The translations under genes were made by a program, and so were the position numbers. Of a stretch of 64,000 nt of DNA, positions 18,564-30,000 are shown piece by piece. Origin of the DNA: an uncultured Nitrososphaerota archaeon. Lineage in GTDB: Archaea; Thermoproteota; Nitrososphaeria; Nitrososphaerales; Nitrosopumilaceae. The stretch covers positions 256,001 through 320,000 of the forward strand of contig OY969559.1 in assembly GCA_963701075.1 (NCBI GenBank), written 5' to 3'. The notes beneath the pieces were generated by a model, which was not told the origin of the DNA, made no database searches, and was given only the letters and a program-made list of their open reading frames with translations. Each line of letters starts with the position of its first letter. The stretch's first letter is position 1.

Positions 18564-21402
18564 CTATCCTACCCCTATCGATATGTAGTGCAGTTCTGGT
18601 ACGTTATTGACAACTATGATAGTGCCTAGGTTTATCGTGTTGTTCTCTTGCCAGAAGATTATTCTGTTGTCTCCAGACTGCACAAAGTTCTTGACAAAGC
18701 CTGCGATCAGTGTTTTTGCGTTATCAAGATCAGTTGGTTGTTCAAATGAAACTTGGCCCTCCTCAAAAGTAAGCGGCAGCTGTATTGTGGTAGGAGTTAC
18801 TACTGTAAGCTTGTCTTGATCAAGTATTGACCTGATAGCAGATATTCTTGATGATTCGTCCAGTGTTAATGTGGCGGTAACATTAGACGAGGTAACACCA
18901 CTAAGCTTTTCAAGATATGCCGCAAACGCCTCTTGCGGAGTGTTTCCCAGTCCTACAAAGTATTCGCCATCAAATGCAGCCCCAACAGCTGCAATTGTTG
19001 CAATTTGAGATACAACTCCGCCAGTGCCTGCGGTATATACAGGAATAAAGTAGACATCGTGATCTCCCACCCTGTACAAAATATTATCTCCTAACGTAGG
19101 GTTTTGAAGCAATGTTCTAAGCTGTCTAAAGTCCGAGTCCTTGTCAAGCGCCTCACTTACAGAGGATGGTCCAAGAAGTTTTGTTGTGGAATTGAGGGGA
19201 ACTTGGTAAAATTGCATCCGTCCAAGATTTGGTACATCGTTCTGAACTGTCATAAATCCTGCCAAGTTTCTGCCTGCAGACCCTTGAAGTTCTAGCGATA
19301 GTATGCCAAGATAAGTCGGCTTGTCAAATCCCTCTGGTTTTGCCTCTACGTAATAAGTGTCAACACCATTAGGTACCTCATAAAAGTTGTTTGCCTGAAT
19401 AAATGTAGAAGTGTCTGTAACGTGATAAATGTTGAACATGTCCACTTTCCAATCAAAGAGTTCCTCTGGATACCTAAGTTGCTTGTTGAGCCATGTCGGT
19501 GTATCTATGAATTTATCTTGGTATTGGCTGTAGAACATATTTGTAAAGAAATCGTCTCCTGTCTTTATCAGAGTAATATTTCCATTATAGGTATCAATCA
19601 GTGCGTAACCGACTAGCCTTATGTACGGATTGCTAACAGACCATGGTACATTTTTTGTGTCAAATCCTATTATCAATGGCATGAGCCAGTAGGTTTTGTT
19701 CCCGTTAGCAACAGGAAGCGTACCCACTTGGTTTCCAAATAGATCGTACTGGAAATATGGGTACAGTAATTGCATTCTGTCATGTATGTCTCTGTATCGC
19801 ATAATGTGAATTGGCTGCGTTGGATATGACAGGAAGAAATTTGGCTCGAAGAGCTGGCTTACTGGTGGGCTTACATCAAGTCCTCCTGTTCCATCATAAG
19901 ATGCATTGTTTAGTTCAGCCGTTACGGTTCTTCCTACAGGATATGCAGACCAAGTATCGGTAAACAGTCCTCCTTCTCCATAATAGATTACCCTTTGCTT
20001 GAAAAATTGGCTGCTGTCAACTATGGTTCCATTATTGGCATCAAGTGTGAGAAATCCATTGTCTACATGGGTGTAGACAAAGTGTTGATTATACCACACG
20101 TTTTCTGCACTAACCGATGACGGTAGGATTGGTTTCATTGATGCAGTCCAGTATAACGTATCATTGAATCTCAGTATATCGTTGCCTTCAAAGTCAACAT
20201 ATGGTATCAGCCCTATTTCCGGCTTTAATTTTGCAAATGCCGCATCCCAGTTCCATACCCTAACCTTGCTTAACACATCATTATTGGCAGCAACATAGTC
20301 TGCGATCTGATCTGGAGGAACGGGCGAAATTTTTACAGTGTGAGGCACGATAGATATTTGATCTAGTTGAGCCAGGTACCTGTTCACTCCAATCTGTTGT
20401 GCCTTGTATGGCCCAAGATACTCTATCTTTCTTGCGTCAGCTATGCTGTTGTTAATAACCATTATCGAGCCTACGATTATTGCTATTATGACCAAGGTTA
20501 GTACGCGGATGTAGATGTCACGTTTTGACGGGTGCATAATTACCTTGGACTTGAACTTGTCAATGAAATAAAATGCAACAAGCGCAAAGCCTGCTGCAAA
20601 GGTTCCGGCAATCTGATATTTTGTGTTATAGTCTATAGAGTCTGTGAAGAACATGTTGAATGCAGACCATATTACTCCTATTCCAATTATTCCCTCAACG
20701 GTTGATGTATAATCAAGAAACTTTGGCTTGCCTTTTGCTGCATCTTGAAGGTAGCTTGTGATTATTCTCACAACATTATGAAGCCCGACGTATAGCACAA
20801 GTCGCATGCCAATAACAGCTAACAGCGAGGGCACGAATACTGTTAGTGCAGGAATCATCGGTACTACTTGGGTTGTTGCATAAGTAGGATCTAGTGCCGG
20901 AGTGTTAAAGGGAAGAGAAAAGATATTCCAAACGCTTTGTATGCCCAGATCATTTCCTTGCAAAAGATAAACCAAGGCAAAGCCAAAAATAAGATTTGTA
21001 AAGAATGCCCCAAAGAGCAGGACCTTTGTTATCTGCCAAATTATAAAGTTTGGAATGCTCAGCTTGTATTCCTTAAAACCAGGAATATTTTCTGCCCCAA
21101 CATAATTTCCCCTTTTGAGAAATGTGAGGGCAACACTAAGAGAGTACCAAGAGATTGAAGATCGATTCTTGATATTTACTCTAATCAGTGCTATTGATGA
21201 TAATACAAGTGCAGATACGAGTGAGAAATACAGAGGTTTTGTAAAAAGCGTGCCAAACTCCTGAAAGTTCATGTACAAAACGACAGCTTGGTTGCTGCCC
21301 ATCACAAAAATTACAATTGCAATTATGGCTACAATTCCAAGCCTGATGTACTTGCTGGCATCACGCGGAGGTGGGTTGGATTGAGTAGATGAGCTGATAC
21401 AA
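18564..21402 (-). CDS. UPF0182 family membrane protein (apparent frameshift ~21396 near start)
   Basis: N-terminal TM helices, HFVYTH, IYYGE, YRDIHDR, QLRYPEELF; N-terminus MYSSSTQSNPPPRDASKYIRLGIVAII restored from TTG 21402. Confidence 0.8.
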
Positions 21403-21488
21403 AATTATGCTACCTTCCCAAATGTCAAATTAATGTCTACCTACTTCCAGTTCTTTGGCAACTATTAATAAGTCAAGTCGCAGTTTTC

Positions 21489-22614
21489 TCAGACCGCACT
21501 AGCTAATCCCTTGCATATCATGTATACGGCCGCGTATTTTGGCACAGAGATTCTCTCATTTGCATATGGACCATATTTCTTGTTCTTCAACCTAACCAAG
21601 ACAGGACAGTTGGCAATAATGTCCACCTCTTCTTCTCCAAGCAAGCATGCATCCAAAAAGGGATCAAAGTCATCGAGATTTTTGCACTGGATTTTTGACA
21701 GGCCGCTCTTGCTGTTTACCGAACCTTCAAGCCTGAAAATCCTGTGTATGTCCATAGTTACTTTGGGATCCACTTTTACGCCCATTGTTTGGCGTATCTC
21801 GTCGAGTTTTGCTTGGAAGGCAAGATACCCATCTGAAATTATTTGTCTTGTTATTTTGGGTACCTTTGTTTTTGATCCAAATAAGCTAGTTGCTACTCTT
21901 CCTTTCCATCCTGCATCACCTATCTCAGGAAGCGTTGACTTGGAGTTGTATTGTTTTTTCATTCCAAAGGTTTCAGGCATGGCACCGTTGAACATGATAT
22001 AATCCACAAGATCAGACTCTTTCTTGCGAGCCCAACATTTCATAATTATTGTTTATGACTCTGATGTGAAATCCCTCGTTTCCTGAAAAATATACATCAG
22101 TCTCTTCATTTTTTATGCCAAGATCTTGGCCAAGTACTTGCACCAGTTTTTTAACTTCTTTTTTGGACTCGCTGATACAGTTCTTGCAAGCAACTGATAC
22201 AATGTCAAACTTGGTAGACCCGCACTGAGGACAGGCTGGCGGCTTTCCAGGTACAGCGCCATGACATGAACCACACTTGAAAACAGAGTGATCATTTCTG
22301 CAAGACAGCGCCAAGTCCTTTGCGTCAATATCAAAGATTAGATCAGCACCCTTCCAGTCCTTTTCTGACATTGGCAAGTTTGGAAAAGAATAGTATGCAT
22401 TTGAGCAATAAACATCTGATGGAGCCTCTTTCATCAGGAGAAGATGCAGCTCCTTGTTGTCCTTTATTGCAATATGTCGTATCATGCCGCCGTTTATTTT
22501 TTGATAACCAAATTCTCTTTGAGTGGGGTTTGGCGGAACACTGACCAGATCAAAGTGATTGAAATAATATTCTTTGATTGCATTCTCTACAAGTGTAACA
22601 TCTTTTTCAAGCAT
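21489..22614 (-). CDS. priS: DNA primase small subunit (apparent frameshift ~22016)
   Basis: REFG, DLIFDIDAKD, YFSGNEGFH, DPKVTMDIHRIFRLEGSVNSKSG. Confidence 0.93.
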
Positions 22615-23634
22615 TAGTTCTTCCTCTTTTTGCCAAATTGAATTGGATTTATTATTCCATCACAATCAGGAATTGCAAAACACAGGTTCTCGCTTCGCAG
22701 TTTATCACAAGAGGGGCACTGATATTTCGTACCTTTGCCTGAAGCACCAGATATGTGTTCAAGTTGGTATCGAGTTACGCGTTCATTATAGTCTGGCGCA
22801 TTTTTAAAAAGCGGAGCTGATCTGATCAGTTGTCTGACCCCTTGCAAGAAGATATGTAGCAAGCAAGAATCTTCCCGAGTGTGGTAGGTTTTCCCCTTTT
22901 TCCAGCACCTCAATTGCGTGTTTCACACACGGAGGATAGCCAGATGATACCACCACAGCATCAGAGAATTTAGTTGCCAGCTGAACCAGGTCTTGTACGC
23001 GAGCCTTGAAGGTGTCTGGAATTGGTGGTAGTGTTATTGATTGGATTCTAGAGGTGATGTATTGACCAAGTTCTGTACGTATAAGCCTCACAGTTTCATG
23101 CGCTGTCAAATGTACAAACCCAGTTGCCACTCTCCGGTTGACAAGTTTCCATTCTTTTTCATGAAAATGTACTGCCCTTCGCAAGTAATTTGGTACACTT
23201 AACATAAATTCGTCATTTTCTACTACAACTTTTACTGAAAATAGTTCCTGGATGATTTTTAATGGAAAGTCGCTATCGTATTTTTGTTTAAGGTCATGCT
23301 CCAGATATTTTTCAGCTCTTCGTGCTTCAGAAAGTGAAAATCTTCTTGTCAGAGTACTAATTCCAGTCGCTTTTAACAAAATGACTGCCACAATGAAAGA
23401 AAGTATTTCCATGTCCATGTCCAAGTTTTTCAGCTGTTCCATATCAGAACTGTAGACCTGTCCTGATGAAGCCACAACAATTCTGCCATATGCCTTTTCT
23501 ATCAATGGTGCCCAGTCCTGGTGGCCCAGCTGTTCAAGATTGAACCCCTTATCTCGCAGATATTCTCCTGCTTCTGCAAGAAAGGGATACTTGGCAAGAT
23601 CCATTATTCCTGGCTGTAGCACATCTCTCTTCAT
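22614..23634 (-). CDS. priL: DNA primase large subunit (apparent frameshift ~22819)
   Basis: KYPFL, PPCV, GENLPHSGRFLLATYL, APDYNERVTRYQLEHI, CPSCDKL. Confidence 0.93.
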
Positions 23635-23739
23635 TTTGCACGACTTAAAAATTTGATTGTGTTTTGGTATAATTGCAGAAGACTTGCATCATGATAAAAT
23701 ACACAGCGAACTTAAATTATGCTCAAATGAACCACTGAC

Positions 23740-24582
23740 ATGCAGGTTGGGATGCATGTGTCCATCTCGGGTTCCATTGACCGTGCTGTAGATAATGCAG
23801 TGGCAATAGATTGTACTGCATTTCAGATATTTACTCGCAATCCACGCGGCTGGGCAGCAAAGCCCTTGGCATCTAATGATATCACTAATTTTAGGGAAAA
23901 ACTTGCTGCAAGCAAGATAGACAGGTTTGCAACCGTTGCTCATATGCCATATTTACCAAACCTTTCATCGCCTGAGGACGATCCATTTGCAAGATCGCTT
24001 GGCTCGCTAATAGATGAGATAAAAAGATGCAGCAAACTTGGCATTCCCTATATTGTAGCACATCTTGGAAGCCACAAAGGTGCAGGAGATAAGAAAGGAA
24101 TTGAAAAATTGATCAAGGCATTTACAAAAGCAGCCGATGACACTGCAGACGATGTTATGATTTTACTTGAAAATACGGCTGGACAAAAAAATAGCGTAGG
24201 TTCTGATTTTGAACAGCTTGGAGCCATACTGCAACAACTAAAGCCTGCCAAGCGTTTTGGGGTATGCATTGATACATGTCACGCATTTGCAGCAGGGCAT
24301 GATTTGAGAACAGAAAAAAGTGCTTCAAATACACTTTCAAAGTTCCACAAAACGATAGGATTTGAGCACCTAAAGATACTGCATCTAAACGATTCAAAGG
24401 GCGAACTTGGGTCCAACCTAGACAGACATGAACACATTGGTCTGGGTCACATTGGTGAGAAAGGGCTTGCATATGTTATACATACCATAAATTCAAAAAA
24501 GATTCCGATGATTTTAGAGACTCCCATAGATGAGAGGCGTGACGATGTTGGTAACCTTAAAAAAGTTAAGGAACTGGCTTAA
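23740..24582 (+). CDS. nfo: endonuclease IV (AP endonuclease)
   Basis: GMHVS, HMPYLPNL, LENTAG, CIDTCH, HLNDSK, DRHEHIG, ILETP. Confidence 0.95.
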   Translation: MQVGMHVSISGSIDRAVDNAVAIDCTAFQIFTRNPRGWAAKPLASNDITNFREKLAASKIDRFATVAHMPYLPNLSSPEDDPFARSLGSLIDEIKRCSKLGIPYIVAHLGSHKGAGDKKGIEKLIKAFTKAADDTADDVMILLENTAGQKNSVGSDFEQLGAILQQLKPAKRFGVCIDTCHAFAAGHDLRTEKSASNTLSKFHKTIGFEHLKILHLNDSKGELGSNLDRHEHIGLGHIGEKGLAYVIHTINSKKIPMILETPIDERRDDVGNLKKVKELA

Positions 24583-24609
24583 GAGATCTGGTGCCTTGGG
24601 TGATATATC

Positions 24610-26070
24610 ATGAATTATGAACAGATAATACAACTTGCGCTTGAAAGGGGATTTTACTTTCCAAGTTGTGAGATTTATTCAGATGCTCCTGCAGGATTCT
24701 GGGAGTATGGGCCATCAGGTGTTAGCTTAAAGAACAAGTTCATAGATTTGTGGAGACGTGAGCTTGTCAGACGTGATAGGATGTGGGAGATTGATGGTTC
24801 CCAGATAATGTCACAGTCTGTTTTTGTTGCATCAGGCCATCTGTCAAGTTTTGCTGATCCAATAATAACTTGTCAAAAATGCAAATCCATTTTCAGGGCC
24901 GACAAGCTAATTGCAGAGGTTACTTCACTAGTGGTCCCAGAGAGTGCAGAGCTTGAACAGTTTGACCAAGTCATATCAGAAAAAGATGTGAGGTGTCCCA
25001 AATGCAAGGGAAGTTTTGATAACACAAAAAAATTCAACATGATGTTCAAGGTGGGGATAGGCCCACAGAGTGAGGCGGCGTATCTTAGACCAGAGACATG
25101 TCAATCTATCTTTGTTGACTTTCCAAGACTTTACAAGACAATGCGAGGAAGACTGCCGATTGGAGTTGCACAGATTGGAAAAAGTTTTAGAAACGAGATC
25201 TCGCCGCGACAGAGCCTTCTTAGATTAAGAGAGTTTTATCAGGCAGAAATAGAGGTCTTTTGCAATCCCAATAAACTAAACGAGATGGATGGATTCTCCG
25301 AGGTAGAAAATACTGAGATCAGGATAATGGCTGATGATGACACCATCAAACAAGTAACATGCAAGGAGGCATTAGAGTCTGGAATGCTGCCCAACAAGCT
25401 TGTGGCATACTACTTGGCGCTATTAGTGGAATTTTATCGCAAGACAGGAATTGATGTGAGCAAAAGCAGGTTCAGAAAACTAAATGACAAGGAAAAGGCA
25501 TTTTACGCATCAGTTGCATTTGACTTTGAAGTAGAGACTACCATTGGCTGGCTTGAGCTTGTTGCATGTAACTATAGGTCTGATTATGATCTTAAGAGCC
25601 ATGGAAACGTAAGCAAGGAAAAGTTTGAGGTGCTAGACAATGACGTCAAGGTTTTGCCTCATGTCTTTGAGCTCTCAATGGGAATAGACCGCAGTCTGTA
25701 TACTATTTTGGAGCATAGTTTTCGGGAAGACAAGGAAAATGACAGAGTTGTGCTTTCTCTAAAACCATACCTTGCTCCAATACATGTAGGAATACTTTCT
25801 CTTATGAAAAAAGATGGTCTTGCAGAAAAAACAGACGAGATCTTTTCAAAGATAAAGACAAGATTTGATGCCTTCTTGGATCACTCTGGCGCCATAGGGC
25901 GAAGATATAGAAGACTTGACGAGGTAGGTGCGCCCTTTGCAGTAACAGTTGACCATCAGACATTACAGGATGACACGGTAACAATTAGGATGCGAGACTC
26001 GATGAGCCAAGAAAGGATAAAGATATCAGATCTTGATTTACATCTTACCAAAGAAACTAGGTTTCCGTGA
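24610..26070 (+). CDS. glyS: glycine--tRNA ligase (alpha2 type)
   Basis: LRPETCQSIF, SFRNEISPRQSLLRLREFYQAEIE, IGRRYRRLDEVG. Confidence 0.96.
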   Translation: MNYEQIIQLALERGFYFPSCEIYSDAPAGFWEYGPSGVSLKNKFIDLWRRELVRRDRMWEIDGSQIMSQSVFVASGHLSSFADPIITCQKCKSIFRADKLIAEVTSLVVPESAELEQFDQVISEKDVRCPKCKGSFDNTKKFNMMFKVGIGPQSEAAYLRPETCQSIFVDFPRLYKTMRGRLPIGVAQIGKSFRNEISPRQSLLRLREFYQAEIEVFCNPNKLNEMDGFSEVENTEIRIMADDDTIKQVTCKEALESGMLPNKLVAYYLALLVEFYRKTGIDVSKSRFRKLNDKEKAFYASVAFDFEVETTIGWLELVACNYRSDYDLKSHGNVSKEKFEVLDNDVKVLPHVFELSMGIDRSLYTILEHSFREDKENDRVVLSLKPYLAPIHVGILSLMKKDGLAEKTDEIFSKIKTRFDAFLDHSGAIGRRYRRLDEVGAPFAVTVDHQTLQDDTVTIRMRDSMSQERIKISDLDLHLTKETRFP

Positions 26071-26139
26071 TTTTACAATAAACGTAAAGGATTCAAAAAG
26101 CGTCGTTCAACAAAATACTTTTGATGAATATGCTAGTCC

Positions 26140-26724
26140 TTACTTGATTAGCAGAACAGGACATGAGGCTTTATGTGAAACACCAATTGACACACTACCC
26201 AACAGCAATCTATTATAATCTCCTCTTCCATGAGTGCCCATTACAATAAGGTCTGCCTTATTTGAACTAGCAAAAGAAACTAAAGAATCAGTTACTGACG
26301 ATGAAGTTAATATTTCTGTCTTCAAAGGTATTGCAAATTTTTCTGCAGCAAGATGTATTTTCTTGAATAGTTTTTCCATTGAAGCAAGTTTTTCTTTGCT
26401 TATTATCTGCTTACCAACTTCTTGAATATCAAGAGATGAATCCTCAAAAGATGAGTCAGTCATGACTGTTGTAACTATAATGGAGGAACCGTATTTTTTT
26501 GCTAAATCCAGGGCAAATTCAAATGCTCGATTAGAAAATATCGATCCGTCATAAGGAACAAAGATGTGTTTAATCAGAGATGTATCAATTTCTTTACATG
26601 ATAAATCTACACAAACTATTTGTTCCTGTTTTATAGTAAAGGGAATTTCATGAGGATGACCACATGTACCATCCTTGCAGTCATTACGTGTTCTTTGTAT
26701 TTTTATAGTATACTTCTTTGACAA
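26140..26724 (-). CDS. universal stress protein with Cys/His-rich N-terminal extension
   Basis: IFVPYDGS, ADLIVMGTHG, LLGSVS..V..KASCPVLLIK. Confidence 0.9.
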   Translation of the reverse strand: MSKKYTIKIQRTRNDCKDGTCGHPHEIPFTIKQEQIVCVDLSCKEIDTSLIKHIFVPYDGSIFSNRAFEFALDLAKKYGSSIIVTTVMTDSSFEDSSLDIQEVGKQIISKEKLASMEKLFKKIHLAAEKFAIPLKTEILTSSSVTDSLVSFASSNKADLIVMGTHGRGDYNRLLLGSVSIGVSHKASCPVLLIK

Positions 26725-27006
26725 GTTACCATCACTTACAGTTCTATTTGATAATCAATGTGAATAAACATCAGTCTGTTTAAAAAATAAAACAAAGTTT
26801 GGTTTTTAGCACATGCCATCTTTGAGTTTGTTATGCAAGATTCTGCTCTTGATATGAATGATTCTAGTCTTGACATAGAAAATTATTCTTGCAGAACCAG
26901 TATGGTACGGTTAGACTTTTGTCAGCATCTTGATCAAGTCTAGAGGCAAGAATAATTCTAATGTATTCCAAGTTCATTATATAGCATAAATTTTTTCTGC
27001 AACAGA

Positions 27007-30000
27007 TTATTGCGACAATAATGTCACAGGTAAACTATCGATAGCCCTATACTTTATCTTCAGATATACGTCGTCCATGGCATGTGCTTGCGGTAAGAGG
27101 CCTTGCTGCGAATCAATTCCTACTTTCCAATTACCAAGTATTGGATCTACTGATGTTATAGAGAATCTCTCAAGCGGGCTATCTGGTCCAGAGTATCTGA
27201 CTCGGTATATCTGGTCTCCTATGGTTACTGACTTGAAGTTGCCTGCAAGCCCAAGGGTAGAGTTTGTTACAAGACAGTCACTTGAGCCACCAATGACACA
27301 TACTCCGTCAGGTGCAATGACATTATATTGCATAGTTCCTTCGTTATTAAATGAAGAATACAGCACTAATGGTTGTGCTATAGTGTTGTTGCTTTCATTT
27401 AGCATATCTATGCTTGATAATTGTGAAAGGGCAATTGTCTGGACTGATGGGAATATGATTATTGAGGATGCCGATGTCTCAAATGACTTGTCGTAAAAGT
27501 TGGCAATTGCCTGTACATTATAGTCATCTAATTTTCCAGTTGAGGGAGCCTTCCATTCCAAGTTTACAGCTGTCTGTCCTGTTCCAAATACCTGTGGGGG
27601 AGACGTATAGGTGACATTTCCATCAACAATTAGAGATACTGAACCGTAGATATGCCCTGTGCTGTTATTAGTAAAGTATGCGGTTTGGATTCCCATCGTT
27701 CCCTCTGCTCTTGTAGGACTGATATCCATCTCAAGATTGCCTGAAATGTCATATTGTGGCTTGACACCAATTGTATACTGGCCAGAATCAGTTGTCTTGC
27801 CTGCATTGTTTTGAGCATCTATCCAGTATGTTATAGCTGGGGCCTGCATCATACTTTCTGGAATTATTCCCGAAACAGCATATGTAGTGTTTGAGATCTG
27901 CAATGGTGTTACACCCATGTTTATTACAGAATATCCAGTGGTAGAGTTTCCTATTGGGACAAACCTGAGCTCCACTTGACTGAGTGGTGTCGGACTGTTA
28001 ATTATGGCAGATACTGTTACTGGTTGGGAGTTTGTAAACTGGTTTTCTTCAGATGGAGTAATTATACCGTTTCCTATCTGGGATTTGACATTAAATATTT
28101 CAGGTGCACCTGGTGGGATTTGTTCTGCAGATGTTGCACCTGTGTTTTCATAATTGATGTTTCCTTCACATCCTGAGACATTTACTGTCTCTCCTACTGA
28201 GAAGACATTGTTATCTGCTGCCTGTAATGCCACTACCTCAAATGATGTTTCTTTTGGATCAACTTGTGCAACATAGACTAGCTTCTGGATAGTAGAGTTT
28301 TGGTTCTCTTGTGCAAATGGTTGCACCTGAGCTAGTGTTGCTTGAACTGTTCCTGTTAGAGATGTGCGCAATATGACTGTGGGGGTGCTGACAGAATATT
28401 CTACAAGCATACTTACGGTATCATTCTGGCATAGGTTATAGGAGACTGAATCGATCTTAAGTTCTGGTGCAAGTACACCTCCAAATGTGCTACTGGATTC
28501 ACCTGAAGATGATACACCAGCTCCTACACCACCAACTCCTACACCACCAACTCCTACAGCTCCTGCACCACCTCCACCGGTGGATACACTAGGTGATGGA
28601 CTTGGCGATACACTACCTGAGCTCCATGTTGCAAATCCAGTAAAGTGCTTTGTCCAGATGTGCAAGTCCGAGCCTACGTTAATCTTACAGTCTCCTCCTG
28701 CTGGCAAGTTGTTGTTTGTTGCCTGTGTATCATCAGTACATGTTGTTGTAATCTCTGTGACTGAGGATGGAGAGTAATAGTAACCAATGTGCTCTCCTGC
28801 CTGACCGAACAATACCAACTGTACCGCATTGTTAAATGTCATCGGAATGCTTGATCCCATCTCTAGCACAGTTTTTACCGTACTGGTTTGTCCTGATGGC
28901 GTAGGTATTACCAGATTCTGTCCGGTTTGTACTGTTGGCAGATCAAGTACGCCATTCCATGATGTTCCTGACATGGCTGTATTTGCTGGAATTGTTACTT
29001 GAACAATGGGATTTTCAGTATCAATAGAATATTTTGTTATGTCAAGAGGATTTGAGATCTGGACGGTATTGGTATTGTCAATTGTTGTATATATTGAAGA
29101 ATAGTTAATCGACGGTGTAGTTACATTGGCTGGAATTGTGACAGTAGAGAGGGCTGCAGTGGGGCTAATCACCACCAGTTGTGGTCGTGATGGATTGACT
29201 GTAATTTGTGTTTGAGTATTGCCAACTAATTGTTGGGTCGGAGTAAGACCCGTGGCAAAAGTATCTGAAAGGCTCATCGATTCTGTGGCAAGTGTAACTG
29301 ACTGGTGGTGGAATGCTGTTACTGTATCGGTGGTGCCCACTGATTCTGTAAGCGGGACTGTGTGTATCTGTGATACTGTAACTGGGTTGTCGGTGGTGCC
29401 TACTGACTCTATGGTAAGTGGAACTGACTGACCATGGGATGTTGTTACTTGGTTGTCGGTAGTACCTACTGACTCGGCGCTAAGTGTAACTGACTGGGGG
29501 TGGAATGCTGTTACTGTATCGGTGGTGCCCACTGATTCTGTAAGCGGGACTGTGTGTTGAGCAACTGCAGATACGGTGTTGTCGGTGGTGCCTACTGACT
29601 CGGTGCTAAGTGTAACTGACTGGGATACTACGACTGTATCAGAAGTGCCCACTGACTCGGTGCTAAGTGTAACTGACTGGTGGTGGGATGTTGTTACTGT
29701 ATCGGTGGTGCCCACTGACTCGGTGCTAAGTGTAACTGTGTGTTGAGCAACTGCAGATACGGTGTTGTCGGTAGTACCCACTGACTCGGTGCTAAGTGTA
29801 ACTGATCTAGATACTGCGACTGTATCAGAAGTGCCCACTGACTCGGTGCTAAGTGTAACTGACTGGTGGTGGGATGTTGTTACTGTATCGGTGGTGCCCA
29901 CTGACTCGGTGCTAAGTGTAGTTGTGTGTTGAGCGACTGCAGAGACGGTGTTGTCGGTAGTACCTACTGACTCGGTGCTAAGTGTAACTGACTGGGATAC

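Noticed and set aside
21489-23634. Programmed frameshifting or pseudogenisation of priS/priL and other split genes
   Set aside because: No slippery sites, the genes are essential or conserved, and indels map to AGCT or homopolymers as expected for sequencing error
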